The notes under the pieces: generated by a model
What the model was told of the DNA's origin: nothing
Database searches by the model: none
Seen by the model: the letters and a program-made list of their open reading frames with translations, nothing else
In this document: positions 32,512 to 43,186 of the stretch, piece after piece
Layout of the letters: each line of letters begins with the position of its first letter
How positions within the stretch are numbered: the first letter of the stretch is position 1
Position numbers and translations under genes: made by a program
Source: an uncultured Rivularia sp.
GTDB lineage: Bacteria > Cyanobacteriota > Cyanobacteriia > Cyanobacteriales > Nostocaceae
Direction: 5' to 3'
Length of the DNA: 64,000 nt
Assembly: GCA_963665115.1 (NCBI GenBank)
Contig: OY762007.1
Span: 1,760,001-1,824,000, forward strand

Positions 32512-33174
32512 GTGGACAAACATATGCAAATTACAAATCTACTGAGTGCGGGTGGGATAGTAATGATACCATTGCTGTTCTTCTCGATATTAGTAGCGAC
32601 ACTAATTATCGAACGCATCCGATTTTGGGTCAAAATAAACCGTCGTCAAACACGCATAGTAGAAGAAGTACTTAAACTTTATCGTCGAGATAATGTAGTT
32701 AGTGCCTTGGAAAAACTCAAGCAAAATACCGATTTACCCATTGCTCGGATCTTTTTAGCAGCTTTAGAATTAGAAGAAGCAAACCCAGAAGAATTTCGTC
32801 TAGCATTAGAAAGCGAAGCACAAGCCGAAATACCTTTACTAAAACGCTTTCAAAACATCTTCGATACAGTGATTTCTCTTTCACCACTCTTAGGACTTTT
32901 AGGAACCGTTTTAGGACTAATTGCTTCTTTTGCTTCGCTCAACCTTGGTAACGTTGGAGGTACCCAAACAACCAACGTTACTGGTGGAATCAGCGAAGCA
33001 TTAGTTTCCACAGCAGCAGGATTAATAGTGGCTATCTTTACACTATTATTCGCCAACACATTCCGGGGATTATACCAGCGACAAATCGCATTAATTCAAG
33101 AATACGGCGGACAATTAGAATTACTTTACCGTCGTCATTACGAACGGGGAAATAAGTTAGGAGTTAGGAGTTAG
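32512..33174 (+). CDS. exbB: MotA/TolQ/ExbB proton channel
   Basis: SPLLGLLGTVLG, GISEALVSTAAGL. Confidence 0.9.
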   Translation: MDKHMQITNLLSAGGIVMIPLLFFSILVATLIIERIRFWVKINRRQTRIVEEVLKLYRRDNVVSALEKLKQNTDLPIARIFLAALELEEANPEEFRLALESEAQAEIPLLKRFQNIFDTVISLSPLLGLLGTVLGLIASFASLNLGNVGGTQTTNVTGGISEALVSTAAGLIVAIFTLLFANTFRGLYQRQIALIQEYGGQLELLYRRHYERGNKLGVRS

Positions 33175-33243
33175 GAGTGAACAGTGAATAGTTAGGAGTA
33201 GTGAGTAGTGAGTAGTGAGTAAGGAGTGATTAAAAATTCTTTC

Positions 33244-33322
33244 CAATGCCCAATTACCAATTACCAATTACCAATTACCAATTACCAATTACCAATTACC
33301 AATTACCAATTACCAATTCCCA
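33244..33322. repeat. STRR heptamer array (CCAATTA)n
   Basis: About 10 tandem copies. Similar STRR arrays near 18490, 21620, 33155, 34760-34980, 39230, 40800, 44745, 45670, 49345 and 50100. Confidence 0.9.
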
Positions 33323-33331
33323 AATAAAATC

Positions 33332-33736
33332 GTGAAACTACCAGAAGAACCAGATATTCCAGCACAAATTAATATCGTACCGATGATTGATGTGATATTC
33401 GCGATTTTGGCGTTTTTCATTATGTCATCGTTATTTTTGACAAAAATAGAAGGATTGCCAGTAAATTTACCCAAAGCATCATCGGCACAACAGCAACAAG
33501 CAACTGAACCAATTGCGGTCACAATTGACGAATTAGGTACAATTAGCTTGAATAGACAACCGATTACTCTCGATCTATTAGAAGCTGAAATCAAAAAATC
33601 AATTAATGTAAATCAAGAACGATTGGTAATAGTTAATGCAGACGAAAAAGTAGGGCACGGAAAAGTAGTCGCCGTCATGGATAAATTGCGAGAAATACCT
33701 GGAGTTAGATTGGCGATCGCCACTGAAAAACCATAG
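33332..33736 (+). CDS. exbD: ExbD/TolR
   Basis: INIVPMIDVIFAILAFFIM, VNLPKA, NADEKVGHGKVVAVMD. Confidence 0.9.
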   Translation: MKLPEEPDIPAQINIVPMIDVIFAILAFFIMSSLFLTKIEGLPVNLPKASSAQQQQATEPIAVTIDELGTISLNRQPITLDLLEAEIKKSINVNQERLVIVNADEKVGHGKVVAVMDKLREIPGVRLAIATEKP

Positions 33737-33786
33737 AAAAATTTTCTATTACATAAACCTTTTGAACTAAAGATTGAACTAAAAAT

Positions 33787-33999
33787 ATGAAAAAGACTAT
33801 TTGGGTAAACGAACAAATAGACCCCTCCGGATTAATTTACGCTTGTATTGCCTGCTGCAACGAGTCTCAAGCAAAAGATTGCCACGAGTCTTTCAAAAAT
33901 GACTTGAATGAAGTACAGTTGGCAGCCGGTTGGATAGCGCGAATGAGAACAGTAGAATCCTGGGATGAAGTTCCAGTTAATTCTTTAAAACTAAATTAA
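33787..33999 (+). CDS. Conserved small cyanobacterial protein
   Basis: IWVNEQIDPSGLIYACIACC...SWDEVPVNSLKL; looks like a conserved family of unknown function. Confidence 0.75.
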   Translation: MKKTIWVNEQIDPSGLIYACIACCNESQAKDCHESFKNDLNEVQLAAGWIARMRTVESWDEVPVNSLKLN

Positions 34000-34140
34000 T
34001 ATTGGGTTTTGGTTTGATTAATAAACAGGACTAGTTGAGATAAGGAATAGGGTTGGGAGAACGGGAAACGGGGAACAGAGATAAAAAAGTTTTAGTAATT
34101 AATTATTGATAATTGTTCATTGATAACTGATAATTGAAAT

Positions 34141-34155
34141 TGATAATAATTATCC
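34141..34155. promoter_or_regulatory. Possible Zur/Fur 7-1-7 box
   Basis: TGATAATAATTATCC, one mismatch from TGATAATNATTATCA. Confidence 0.4.
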
Positions 34156-34213
34156 CAGATTATAGATACTATCTATATAAAGGATAAACATTTGGAAAAA
34201 CCCTATTTAATTA

Positions 34214-34768
34214 GTGAGCTATCCAAAAATTTTCTCTTTCAAAAAAGACTATAAAATCAACTTAGTCAGTGAAAGGGGAGAAGAAATTCAAATTTCAATT
34301 CATTCCCCTACTCGGTATATTCGTGAAAACTGCCAACGGATATTACCAGATTGGAACAACAAGTTAGAAATGTCGGTAGCTATTGTTTTACAACAATCCC
34401 AATTTGCACTTACAGAAACTTCACCCCGAATAGAAGCAGAAAAACAGCGCTTGCGAGCAAAATTCATGAGGTTTGCTTGCGATGTTGCATTCGATTTAAG
34501 AGATAAACAATATCTGACAGACTTGATAGATCCCCGTACCGGCTATCCATTGCTATCTCGCCCCGGACAAATTCCCCATGACGATACCGCAGTTGTCAAA
34601 ACATTGCTTAAATACCCAATGATTTGCAACAAATGCCGCGTATTAATTCACCCTAAATGGGGAACAGCAGTTTATCCCAGTATTTTAATTTCAGTAGCAC
34701 CCAGAATCATCATTGCCCGAACAATTCAAAGCAACGCCATCTTACACGGATGGGAGGAAGTTAGTTAG
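34214..34768 (+). CDS. MMADHC/CblD-like protein
   Basis: EAEKQRLRAKF, DLIDPRTGYP, CRVLIHPKWGTAVYP. Confidence 0.75.
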   Translation: MSYPKIFSFKKDYKINLVSERGEEIQISIHSPTRYIRENCQRILPDWNNKLEMSVAIVLQQSQFALTETSPRIEAEKQRLRAKFMRFACDVAFDLRDKQYLTDLIDPRTGYPLLSRPGQIPHDDTAVVKTLLKYPMICNKCRVLIHPKWGTAVYPSILISVAPRIIIARTIQSNAILHGWEEVS

Positions 34769-34981
34769 GAGTTGGGAGTTGGGAGTAGAGAGTTGGGAGT
34801 TGGGAGTAGGAAGTAGGGAGTAGGGAGTAGAGAGTAGAGAGTTGGGAGTTGGGAGTAGAGAGTTGGGAGTTGGGAGTTGGGAGTTGGGAGTTGGGAGTTG
34901 GGAGTTGGGAGTTAATAATAATTTGTCTCCTTGTCTCCTTGTCTCCTTGTCTCCTTGTCCCCTTGTCCCCTTGTCTCCCCC

Positions 34982-36058
34982 CTAACTCTTTTTCGGTTTC
35001 CGCAATGGCTTTGAATCTATCGGTCCTAATATCTTGTTAAGTGCGCGTAATTGTTCGGCTGTTCCCATGCTTATCATTACATCCCCTGTCATTAAAATAG
35101 TCTCTGCTGTAGGGCCACCAATCAGTTCTCCACTAGCACGACGAATCGCAAGAACTAATGCTCCAGTTTGCGCTCGCAATCTTGCTTCTCCTAAACTTTG
35201 ACCGACAAAGGGACAAGATTTATAGTCAATTAAAACTTCTTCCATGTAGAGCTCGCTACCTTTTCCTGATATAATTCCGTCTACGAAATCCATTATCTGG
35301 GGTCTTAAAGCTGCTGCTGCCATTCTTCTACCGCCGGTGATGTAGGGCGAAACTACTGCATCTGCACCGCCTCGCTGAAGTTTTTGTACGGCTTCTTCTG
35401 TGCTGGCGCGGGCGATCGCCCTAATTCGCGGATTAAGTGTTTTGGCGGATAAAACTATGTATAAATTTTCGGCATCTGATGGTAGTGCGGCGACGATACA
35501 AATAGCTCTATCTATTCCTACGCGCATCAGCGTTTCATCTAAAGTTGCATCACCTTGATATATGGTATAACCTTCTTCTTGAGCTTGTCTGACAGTATCT
35601 ACTTCCGAATCAACAACTATAAAACTTACACTTTCTGCTTCAAATTCTTGAGCGATTTGACGACCTGTACGACTAAATCCGCAAATAATATAATGTCTAG
35701 ATAATGATTCCATTGTTCGCCGTTGTTGTCTGAGTCGAATTCCTTCTTGAAAATATCCTTGAATTACGGCCTCTGTAAATCGATTAACAATATAACCAAT
35801 GGTAACTATCCCCATTAAAATTAAGGCGATAGTAAATAACCTTCCTCGGCTTCCTAATGGTATAGTTTCTCCATAGCCAACGGTTGATAAGGTGATCACC
35901 GTCATATAAGCAGAATCTTCCCACTTCCAACCTTCTACAAATCTGTACCATAAAGTTCCCGTCAGCAACACGCCACAAAAGGACAGTGTTCCAATCATTA
36001 ACTCTTGCTGGATGCGACGATATTTTTGCTCTAATATCGAAAAAACGGCTTTTTTCAT
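34982..36058 (-). CDS. Two-TM potassium channel with RCK/TrkA domains
   Basis: TLSTVGYGE filter, [13 protein letters not shown]-terminal TrkA-C domain. Confidence 0.92.
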   Translation of the reverse strand: MKKAVFSILEQKYRRIQQELMIGTLSFCGVLLTGTLWYRFVEGWKWEDSAYMTVITLSTVGYGETIPLGSRGRLFTIALILMGIVTIGYIVNRFTEAVIQGYFQEGIRLRQQRRTMESLSRHYIICGFSRTGRQIAQEFEAESVSFIVVDSEVDTVRQAQEEGYTIYQGDATLDETLMRVGIDRAICIVAALPSDAENLYIVLSAKTLNPRIRAIARASTEEAVQKLQRGGADAVVSPYITGGRRMAAAALRPQIMDFVDGIISGKGSELYMEEVLIDYKSCPFVGQSLGEARLRAQTGALVLAIRRASGELIGGPTAETILMTGDVMISMGTAEQLRALNKILGPIDSKPLRKPKKS

Positions 36059-36490
36059 CGCTCTCCAAGTTTACAGACATTTCGGTAATATAAATAAAAT
36101 TACGAATAATTTTGGATACCCTTGTAATATTAATTACTAATTATTTCAATATCAAGCTTAATTAATTTTTGATTTATAAATTATTAAATTGGGTACAACA
36201 AATTGTGCTGCTACGACATTGAATCGTAACATCATTTCTGCTGTATCTATACTATCTTTGCTACTAAAATCAAATATGCTTTTTCCCGAAGCGGTTGGGA
36301 TAGAGCATAAAGCCAATAACTAATCTAACTCTTCTGAAATTTATTTTAAAACATCGGTAAATTACGTTGCAACCGATATTTACCCCAATAGCCGATCGGA
36401 ATCGCAATTATTGAAACGGCTAGTTGAAATAATATCGTAAAAATCATTGCACCAAATCCTCTTAAACCCGCAACGACTCTAGCTGCACCT

Positions 36491-36745
36491 TCACCACTTA
36501 TAGATATACCTCCACCAAGATGTAAATAGAGCAGTAGGAGCGCCCATAAATTCGATGAAAACTAAAAGTAATGCAATCCTTCTGTGACGTGAAGGGTTGA
36601 TATCGCGATCAAAGTCTTTTGGTAATAACAAAATTATTATCGAACTAGTTAACCAAGCAGCACCGCATAACATTGGATGTATTGGTAATAGGAAAAATTG
36701 TAAGCTAATCAGTGGTGCGAGAATAGGAATTATATGAATTGACAT
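36491..36745 (-). CDS. Small membrane protein downstream of the HIRAN gene
   Basis: 84 aa, hydrophobic, 30 bp after the HIRAN stop codon. Confidence 0.5.
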   Translation of the reverse strand: MSIHIIPILAPLISLQFFLLPIHPMLCGAAWLTSSIIILLLPKDFDRDINPSRHRRIALLLVFIEFMGAPTALFTSWWRYIYKW

Positions 36746-36775
36746 AATAGAATTATTCGGAAGAATAATTATTAA

Positions 36776-37537
36776 TTAGGCCACATTATAATCAATATCA
36801 GTGGCATATGCAATTGGCTGATATTCATTACCACTAAATGGACTAAACCCAGATTTCCATTCTGCTGTTAAATTACACAGTAAACGTTGTTGTAAAGGTG
36901 TTGGTGCGGGATTTACTCTTTCAACTCGGACTAGAACGCTATTTAGATTTTCTAATAATACATGAAAATCATTATTAAGATATCGTGGACAATAACCTAC
37001 ATTATGATGATCTTTTGTACAAAGCATCAATACCTTAGAATCATAAGGGTTCTGTAACTCATGAGATAAATATAATAATTCCCCCGGTTCAGATTTAAGA
37101 ATCCTTTCAACAGAAGATAATGGAAAATATCTTAACCCACGTGCAAAAAATTTCATCTCATATAAACCGTTTTCATCTTGACTCGGACAAGGGAAAACTT
37201 CTAAAGTATCTGTAGCTTTTCTTCCACCACTACGAGCTAAAATATTAATAGGTTCGTCTTCCTTTTCAGGAATATTCAACCGCTCAATATAATTTTTATA
37301 ATCGGGACGAGAAGACCGCATAATCCGATTAGAGAATAATGGAAAAATTATTGTTGATTTATATACCTGATTGAACTCAGGAAAAGAATACAAAGCATTG
37401 AAACCGCATTGCTCTCTAGCCTGCAAAGCACCTCTTACATATGAAAATTGGTATTCTTCCCCATCATAAGTCAAGCGACCAATGGGAAACCATGTACGAG
37501 TATTTGGATCTTGCCAAGCCAGAAATAGGGTTTTCAT
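36776..37537 (-). CDS. HipA-N(HipS)-like + HIRAN domain protein
   Basis: LFLAWQ...IGRL...YQFSY...FPLFSNRI...RPDY N-domain; HIRAN-like FARGLRY...ELQNPYDSK...VGYCPRYL. Confidence 0.8.
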   Translation of the reverse strand: MKTLFLAWQDPNTRTWFPIGRLTYDGEEYQFSYVRGALQAREQCGFNALYSFPEFNQVYKSTIIFPLFSNRIMRSSRPDYKNYIERLNIPEKEDEPINILARSGGRKATDTLEVFPCPSQDENGLYEMKFFARGLRYFPLSSVERILKSEPGELLYLSHELQNPYDSKVLMLCTKDHHNVGYCPRYLNNDFHVLLENLNSVLVRVERVNPAPTPLQQRLLCNLTAEWKSGFSPFSGNEYQPIAYATDIDYNVA

Positions 37538-37656
37538 ATAGAAAAATTATTTAGACATAGCATATTAAAATATATATGTCAGTTATACAAGATATTGTAC
37601 TCCGATATCAGAACGCAACAATGTCATTGAGTAACACAACTAATGATTTACTGGTT

Positions 37657-38567
37657 TTATAAACTTTCACGCAGCTTGAGTAATCTACTTCGATTAAATT
37701 CCAGTATTCTCTGTGCAAATTCGATAGCGCTTGGTGATATCCGTTCTTGTGGAATGCGCTCAAATAGTTCTGAAGTATTTGCAGATGATATATTTGATAG
37801 ATAATCTAACCACAATAAAGCTGCATCTGGATAACCTTGTGCAGCTAGATAAAATGCATCAAATGTTTTAAGCGTCTTTTGATCGCCTGTTTCACCATAA
37901 AAAGCTGAAGTGGATCTACTTGCGTATGCTTCTACAGAAAAACCAGCATCTTTTGTTTTCAGTCTTTCTTTACGTTTTTATCCAATAACTCTCTACCAAG
38001 ACAAGAAGCATGGTCATAAGTCGGAGCTAAGTGAGTTTTATTAACTAAATTGACAAATGCCCAGTTTTCATGGTGTCTATCAGTATTACCAATCCAAGCA
38101 TCTAAAAGTAAATAACCGATAAAAGTTTCTACTGCATTACTTATACCTTCTGGTGAAGTCCAGCCTACAGGAAAATTAATAGAATCACCTGCAATAGCAT
38201 CTAATACAGAATTGATTGTGTGTTGAGAAGGATTTTTTATATCCCTGAGATAATCTGGAATTGTTCTAGATAAAATTTCATTACCAAAAGTAAGACTACC
38301 CCCTTTAGGCAAAAAATATGGTGAGATAATTCCTTTCTCTCCTTGAAATGTCGCCAATTCATATTTTGCGTGAGGTAAATGCAATAATTCGCATAACTCT
38401 GCCGCAATCTTTTCTGACCAATCTTCACCTGTATTAGGTCTAGCTTTTTTATATAAACAGTTACCAAAATTTTCATGGTCAAACCAAAACTTTTCTTTGG
38501 TTCCCATTTGTTCTTCTTCACCAGGTGCATCTAGCGAAATTTCAATAATAGAAAAATAATTAGCCAT
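37657..38567 (-). CDS. HipA/CtkA-like Ser/Thr kinase (frameshift ~37975, A-run)
   Basis: GTKEKFW, GEDWSEKIAAEL, DAWIGNTDRHHENW, APTYDHASCLG; the shifted frame continues ~105 aa to ...RLLKLRESL*. Confidence 0.85.
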
Positions 38568-38609
38568 GATGTATTATTTCATGTGGTACATCATGGCAAA
38601 AATAAATCA

Positions 38610-39221
38610 TCACCGTGAGCTAGCAGCCAATTGACTCCAACCAACATAAGGCAACTTCGCCGCAGTCTCTCTCACCTTCTGTGCATTACTTACCAATTGT
38701 CCGCAAGCATCCCAAGTACCGGCAACAAACATATTTTTCGCACCTTCACCCATGTTTACGGCTGCTGAAAAATCACCGCACTGTACTTTCATTGCTTGCA
38801 AATCTACCGTGATATTTGTTTGAGGATTATCAGTTAACATCACCTGCAATTGTTGAACGGTATCGGAATCAGCAGTAACACAAGGAACGCCCATCGCTAC
38901 GCAATTACCGAAAAATATTTCTGCAAAGCTTTCGCCAATTAAAGCCTGAATTCCCCATTTTGCAAGTGCTTGAGGTGCGTGTTCCCTTGATGAACCACAG
39001 CCAAAGTTACGGTTGACTACTAATATGCTTGCATTCTGATACTGCGGACGATCGAAGGAATGTTTGCCTTCAAGTCCTTTGCGATCGTCTTCAAAAGCGT
39101 GTTCTCCTAAACCATCAAAGGTAACGCAACGCAAAAATCGCGCTGGGATGATTCTATCTGTATCGATGTCGTTACCAACTAAAGGAATACCGTTTCCGGA
39201 AACTGTTTTAACTTCACTCAT
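38610..39221 (-). CDS. leuD: 3-isopropylmalate dehydratase small subunit
   Basis: [23 protein letters not shown]. Confidence 0.97.
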   Translation of the reverse strand: MSEVKTVSGNGIPLVGNDIDTDRIIPARFLRCVTFDGLGEHAFEDDRKGLEGKHSFDRPQYQNASILVVNRNFGCGSSREHAPQALAKWGIQALIGESFAEIFFGNCVAMGVPCVTADSDTVQQLQVMLTDNPQTNITVDLQAMKVQCGDFSAAVNMGEGAKNMFVAGTWDACGQLVSNAQKVRETAAKLPYVGWSQLAASSR

Positions 39222-39327
39222 TACGATTTTGGATTTTAGATTTTAGATTTTGGATTAAAGAATTGGTAATTGGTAATTGGTAATTGGGAAAATTCTTCCC
39301 CCTCTCCTTTCAACTAACAACTAACAA

Positions 39328-40737
39328 CTAACCACTAACAAACTCTCGCACATCTGCAACGGTGCCTTTAATTGCTGCTGCTGCAACCATTGCGGGACTC
39401 ATTAATAATGTACGTCCGGAGGCGGAACCTTGTCTTCCTTTAAAGTTGCGGTTGGAGGAAGAAGCACTTATTTGTCTTCCCTGCAATTTATCGGGATTCA
39501 TTGCCAAACACATGGAACATCCGGGTTCTCGCCATTCAAATCCGGCTGCTTCAAAGATTTTATCTAAACCTTCGGCTTCGGCTTGCTTTTTGACTCTTTC
39601 GGAACCGGGTACTACAAAAGCTTTGATTCCTTGGGCTACATGATGCCCTTCGGCGATTTTGGCGGCTTCGCGTAAGTCAGTTATTCTACCGTTGGTGCAG
39701 CTGCCTATAAAACAAACATCTATTTTTGTACCTTTGATGGGATTGCCGGGTGCTAAATCCATGTAGCGATAAGCTTCTTCGGCAATAACTCGGTCATCTG
39801 CTGGTAATTCTTCAGGCTTAGGTACGGATTGATTGATTCCTATACCTTGTCCGGGAGTGATTCCCCAAGTAACTGTGGGTGGAATGTCTGCGGCATCAAA
39901 TACTACTACATCATCGTATTGTGCATCAGCATTACTACGGAGAGATTCCCACCAAGCAATGGCTTTTTTCCAGTCTTCTCCTTTGGGGGCAAAGTCTTTA
40001 CCTTTGAGGTATTCGTAAGTCACTTGATCGGGATTAACGTAACCGCATCTCGCACCGCCTTCGATGGACATATTACAAGCAGTCATCCGTTCTTCCATGC
40101 TCATTTGTTCAAAGGTGGTACCTGCAAATTCGTAAGCGTATCCTACACCACCTTTCACGCCGAGAGTACGGATTATATGTAAAACCACATCTTTGGCGTA
40201 AACACCCGGTTTTAAAGTACCGTTTACTTCGATTTTACGGACTTTTAACTTAGATAGAGCCAACGTTTGCGAAGCCAATACATCCCGCACCTGAGAAGTA
40301 CCAATACCAAAGGCGATCGCCCCAAAAGCACCGTGAGTTGAAGTGTGACTATCACCACAAGCAATGGTCATTCCCGGCTGGGTAAGTCCCTGCTCTGGCG
40401 CAATTACGTGAACAATACCTTGATTTCCCGTACCAATATTGTAAAAAGTTATGCCATTTTCTTTACAATTTGTTTCAAGCGCCTGCATCATCTCTTCTGC
40501 CAAAGTATCGACAAAAGGACGCGCTTGATTATCTGTAGGTACAATATGATCCACCGTTGCCACCGTGCGTTGTGGAAACAATACGACTAATCCCCGTTCC
40601 CTAAGCATAGCAAAGGCTTGAGGACTTGTTACCTCATGAATCAGATGCAGCCCAATAAACAGTTGCGTTTGTCCGGATCTTAGGGTACCAACTGTATGTA
40701 AATCCCAAACTTTATCAAATAACGTGCCTTTGCTCAT
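39328..40737 (-). CDS. leuC: 3-isopropylmalate dehydratase large subunit
   Basis: [44 protein letters not shown]. Confidence 0.98.
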   Translation of the reverse strand: MSKGTLFDKVWDLHTVGTLRSGQTQLFIGLHLIHEVTSPQAFAMLRERGLVVLFPQRTVATVDHIVPTDNQARPFVDTLAEEMMQALETNCKENGITFYNIGTGNQGIVHVIAPEQGLTQPGMTIACGDSHTSTHGAFGAIAFGIGTSQVRDVLASQTLALSKLKVRKIEVNGTLKPGVYAKDVVLHIIRTLGVKGGVGYAYEFAGTTFEQMSMEERMTACNMSIEGGARCGYVNPDQVTYEYLKGKDFAPKGEDWKKAIAWWESLRSNADAQYDDVVVFDAADIPPTVTWGITPGQGIGINQSVPKPEELPADDRVIAEEAYRYMDLAPGNPIKGTKIDVCFIGSCTNGRITDLREAAKIAEGHHVAQGIKAFVVPGSERVKKQAEAEGLDKIFEAAGFEWREPGCSMCLAMNPDKLQGRQISASSSNRNFKGRQGSASGRTLLMSPAMVAAAAIKGTVADVREFVSG

Positions 40738-40918
40738 CTCAATCCGTTTGCTAAGAGTCAGGTTTACTGAATGTTACCAAAAAACGGTGACGGACGGGAG
40801 GGGGAGAGTGGGAGAGTGGGGGACAAGGGGACAAGGGGACAAGGAGAAGGATTATTAATTGTCAACTCACTACTTACTACTCACTACTCCCAACTCCTAA
40901 CTGTTCACTGTTCACTGA

Positions 40919-41248
40919 TTACTGTTTCTGTCGCTCATTAAGTTCTTTTAATTGACGCTCCATAGCATCGAAAGCATGACGAATTACTGCATCTACGGGT
41001 TCGTACTGTTCTCCTTTGTCGGGGCTGCGGTCTACTGCTAGTTCGTGGGATGGTGGTACGGTGATATCTAAACGCACTCTATAAGGAGAACCGCTGCTGG
41101 GATGGTCATGTGCTTTTTCGATAGCTACGCGACAACTGCTGATATGGTCGCAAAATTTTTCTAACTTAGCAATTTTGGAATTTACCAATTCATCTAAAGC
41201 ATCTGTTTTTTCTACACTACGATAAGTAATTTCTGGCTGTACGTTCAT
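40919..41248 (-). CDS. HPF/RaiA (S30AE)-family protein
   Basis: PEITYR...KIAKLEKF.DHISSCRVAIE...YRVRLDITVP...AFDAMERQL. Confidence 0.8.
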   Translation of the reverse strand: MNVQPEITYRSVEKTDALDELVNSKIAKLEKFCDHISSCRVAIEKAHDHPSSGSPYRVRLDITVPPSHELAVDRSPDKGEQYEPVDAVIRHAFDAMERQLKELNERQKQ

Positions 41249-41869
41249 AAAATTTTACTTTGTATATATGATTCCAATTAGTCTCTGCATAATGTAATGT
41301 AAGTATCCTCCTTTTGACTTCTTTCTCAAAGATGAAAATTTTGTAATACCTTTCTATCTTTCGTAGGAGATTTTTTTGCAATATAGGAGAAACCAATACG
41401 GTATTTATTACCATTTATTAATAGAGTAATAAAATTTTTTTGTCTAATTTCATATCTTGCAGCATTATTAATAACTTATATTTTTTACTGTTATTTATTA
41501 CTAACACTTTTCTCTATAATAAATATTGTATTATAATTATTAATCATATCGTTTACATTAAATAAAGATACTTATTCTAACTTTTTAAGTTCATTTTGTA
41601 TTTTAGCGCAAACTAATAATACTCATTAATATAATTTGAGTAGACATTTTTCATCCAGTATAAAAGACAAAATACTTTTCTCTAACAAAACCGAACATTC
41701 AATTCTAAAATTATTTATTTAGAAATAAAAATAACTTCATCAACTCTTTTTATCTTTCTCTGTAATATTACGTAAATCATACTAAATATATAGGTGTAAA
41801 TTTGATATTCTGGCTTTAACTCCTACCAAATACTACTTAGGAATTGTAAATAATACTTAAGGAAAAAGA

Positions 41870-42760
41870 ATGAAGGATTCTGCGTACTTGCAGTTGAAAG
41901 CTTATCTAGCTTCGGATGCGATTGTAGATTGGCAAACAAAAGATATTCCAATCTGTTCAATCCCAGTTTTTACTAAGGGTATGCAGGCTAACAGGTACTT
42001 TTTCGGACATACAAAATGGGGAAAGGAATACTTTGAAACTAGTCATCGTAGCGAACCTTTTAAGGAACGTTGGCAGGCTGTGATGGGTAGTTGGGATGAC
42101 AAAATTGTAGTTGATATCGGATGCGGTCCTGGTAATGTTTATGCAACGCATGGCGGTAAGCCTAAATTATTAATTGGGGTTGATGTTTCTCTAAGTGCTT
42201 TAGAGATGGCTCGCGAAGTTGGCTATACACCGATTTTAGCTGATGCCCATCATCTACCATTTGTAGATAGCTTTGCAGACATAGTTGTTGCTAATGCTAC
42301 CGTTCATCATTGCGATGATATGGGTAGAATTTTAACAGAAGCGGCGCGTTTGGTGCGTCCCGGTGGATTGTTGTTTACCGACCAAGACCCCCAGCGTACA
42401 GCTTGGGATTTGAAAGGAGCGGGTCTATTTATACGAGATATTCGATACCCTTTGTATCGTCTGCTTGGCAGCAAGTATTACATTCCTTATAAGGAAAGAC
42501 ACGCACGTTGGAAAACTGAAGTTCACAATCAAAGACCGGGAGATGGGATTACACCCGATGTGTACTACAAAGCTTTGGAACCATTAGGTTTTGAGGTGAA
42601 ATTATATCCTCACTCTCACGATTTAGGTGCAGAGGTACTTAAAGGTAAAAATGGTCGAAATTCTTGGAGATTGAGATTAAGTCAACGGTTATCAGGCATC
42701 AACCCCGAAACACCAGAAGCAGCACAATCGATAATGTGTATCGCTAGACGTACCAATTAG
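41870..42760 (+). CDS. Class I SAM-dependent methyltransferase
   Basis: VDIGCGPG, GVDVS, ADAHHLPF, RLVRPGG. Confidence 0.88.
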   Translation: MKDSAYLQLKAYLASDAIVDWQTKDIPICSIPVFTKGMQANRYFFGHTKWGKEYFETSHRSEPFKERWQAVMGSWDDKIVVDIGCGPGNVYATHGGKPKLLIGVDVSLSALEMAREVGYTPILADAHHLPFVDSFADIVVANATVHHCDDMGRILTEAARLVRPGGLLFTDQDPQRTAWDLKGAGLFIRDIRYPLYRLLGSKYYIPYKERHARWKTEVHNQRPGDGITPDVYYKALEPLGFEVKLYPHSHDLGAEVLKGKNGRNSWRLRLSQRLSGINPETPEAAQSIMCIARRTN

Positions 42761-43186
42761 TTGCTCCCGATATTGCATCACCTTAATCAATGGTGGCTGC
42801 TAAGACAATTTCTCTGTTTTAGCAACAGTTTCAGGGAAGCCATCATCGAAAAATATATGCCAGCTTGCGTTCTTAGATTTTAAATTAGAGAATTAGAGAA
42901 AATTTATAAATCTATTTTCTATCTAAGAAGACAACTTGGCGTTTCTGGTTTTAATCTTTTTTAACCTCAAGTTGAATGCAAATAACTAATATCTACATTT
43001 TTGCACTCAAAAAATCCTTTCATTTAGCATCAAATCTAAAATTGCTGTATATATTGCTAATAATCAACTACTTTTTGCAAAAGAATTATAGTCAATGCCA
43101 TTCTGATGATTTTTTACGCTTTAATAATTCATTTTCCCGGATTTTGCTGTAAAACCAGAAGAAGGAAAAATACGATTCAGGAAAAT

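Noticed and set aside
34849..35040. 63-aa [17 protein letters not shown]
   Set aside because: Translation of STRR heptamer arrays. The same applies to ORFs at 21599, 45771 and 59594.
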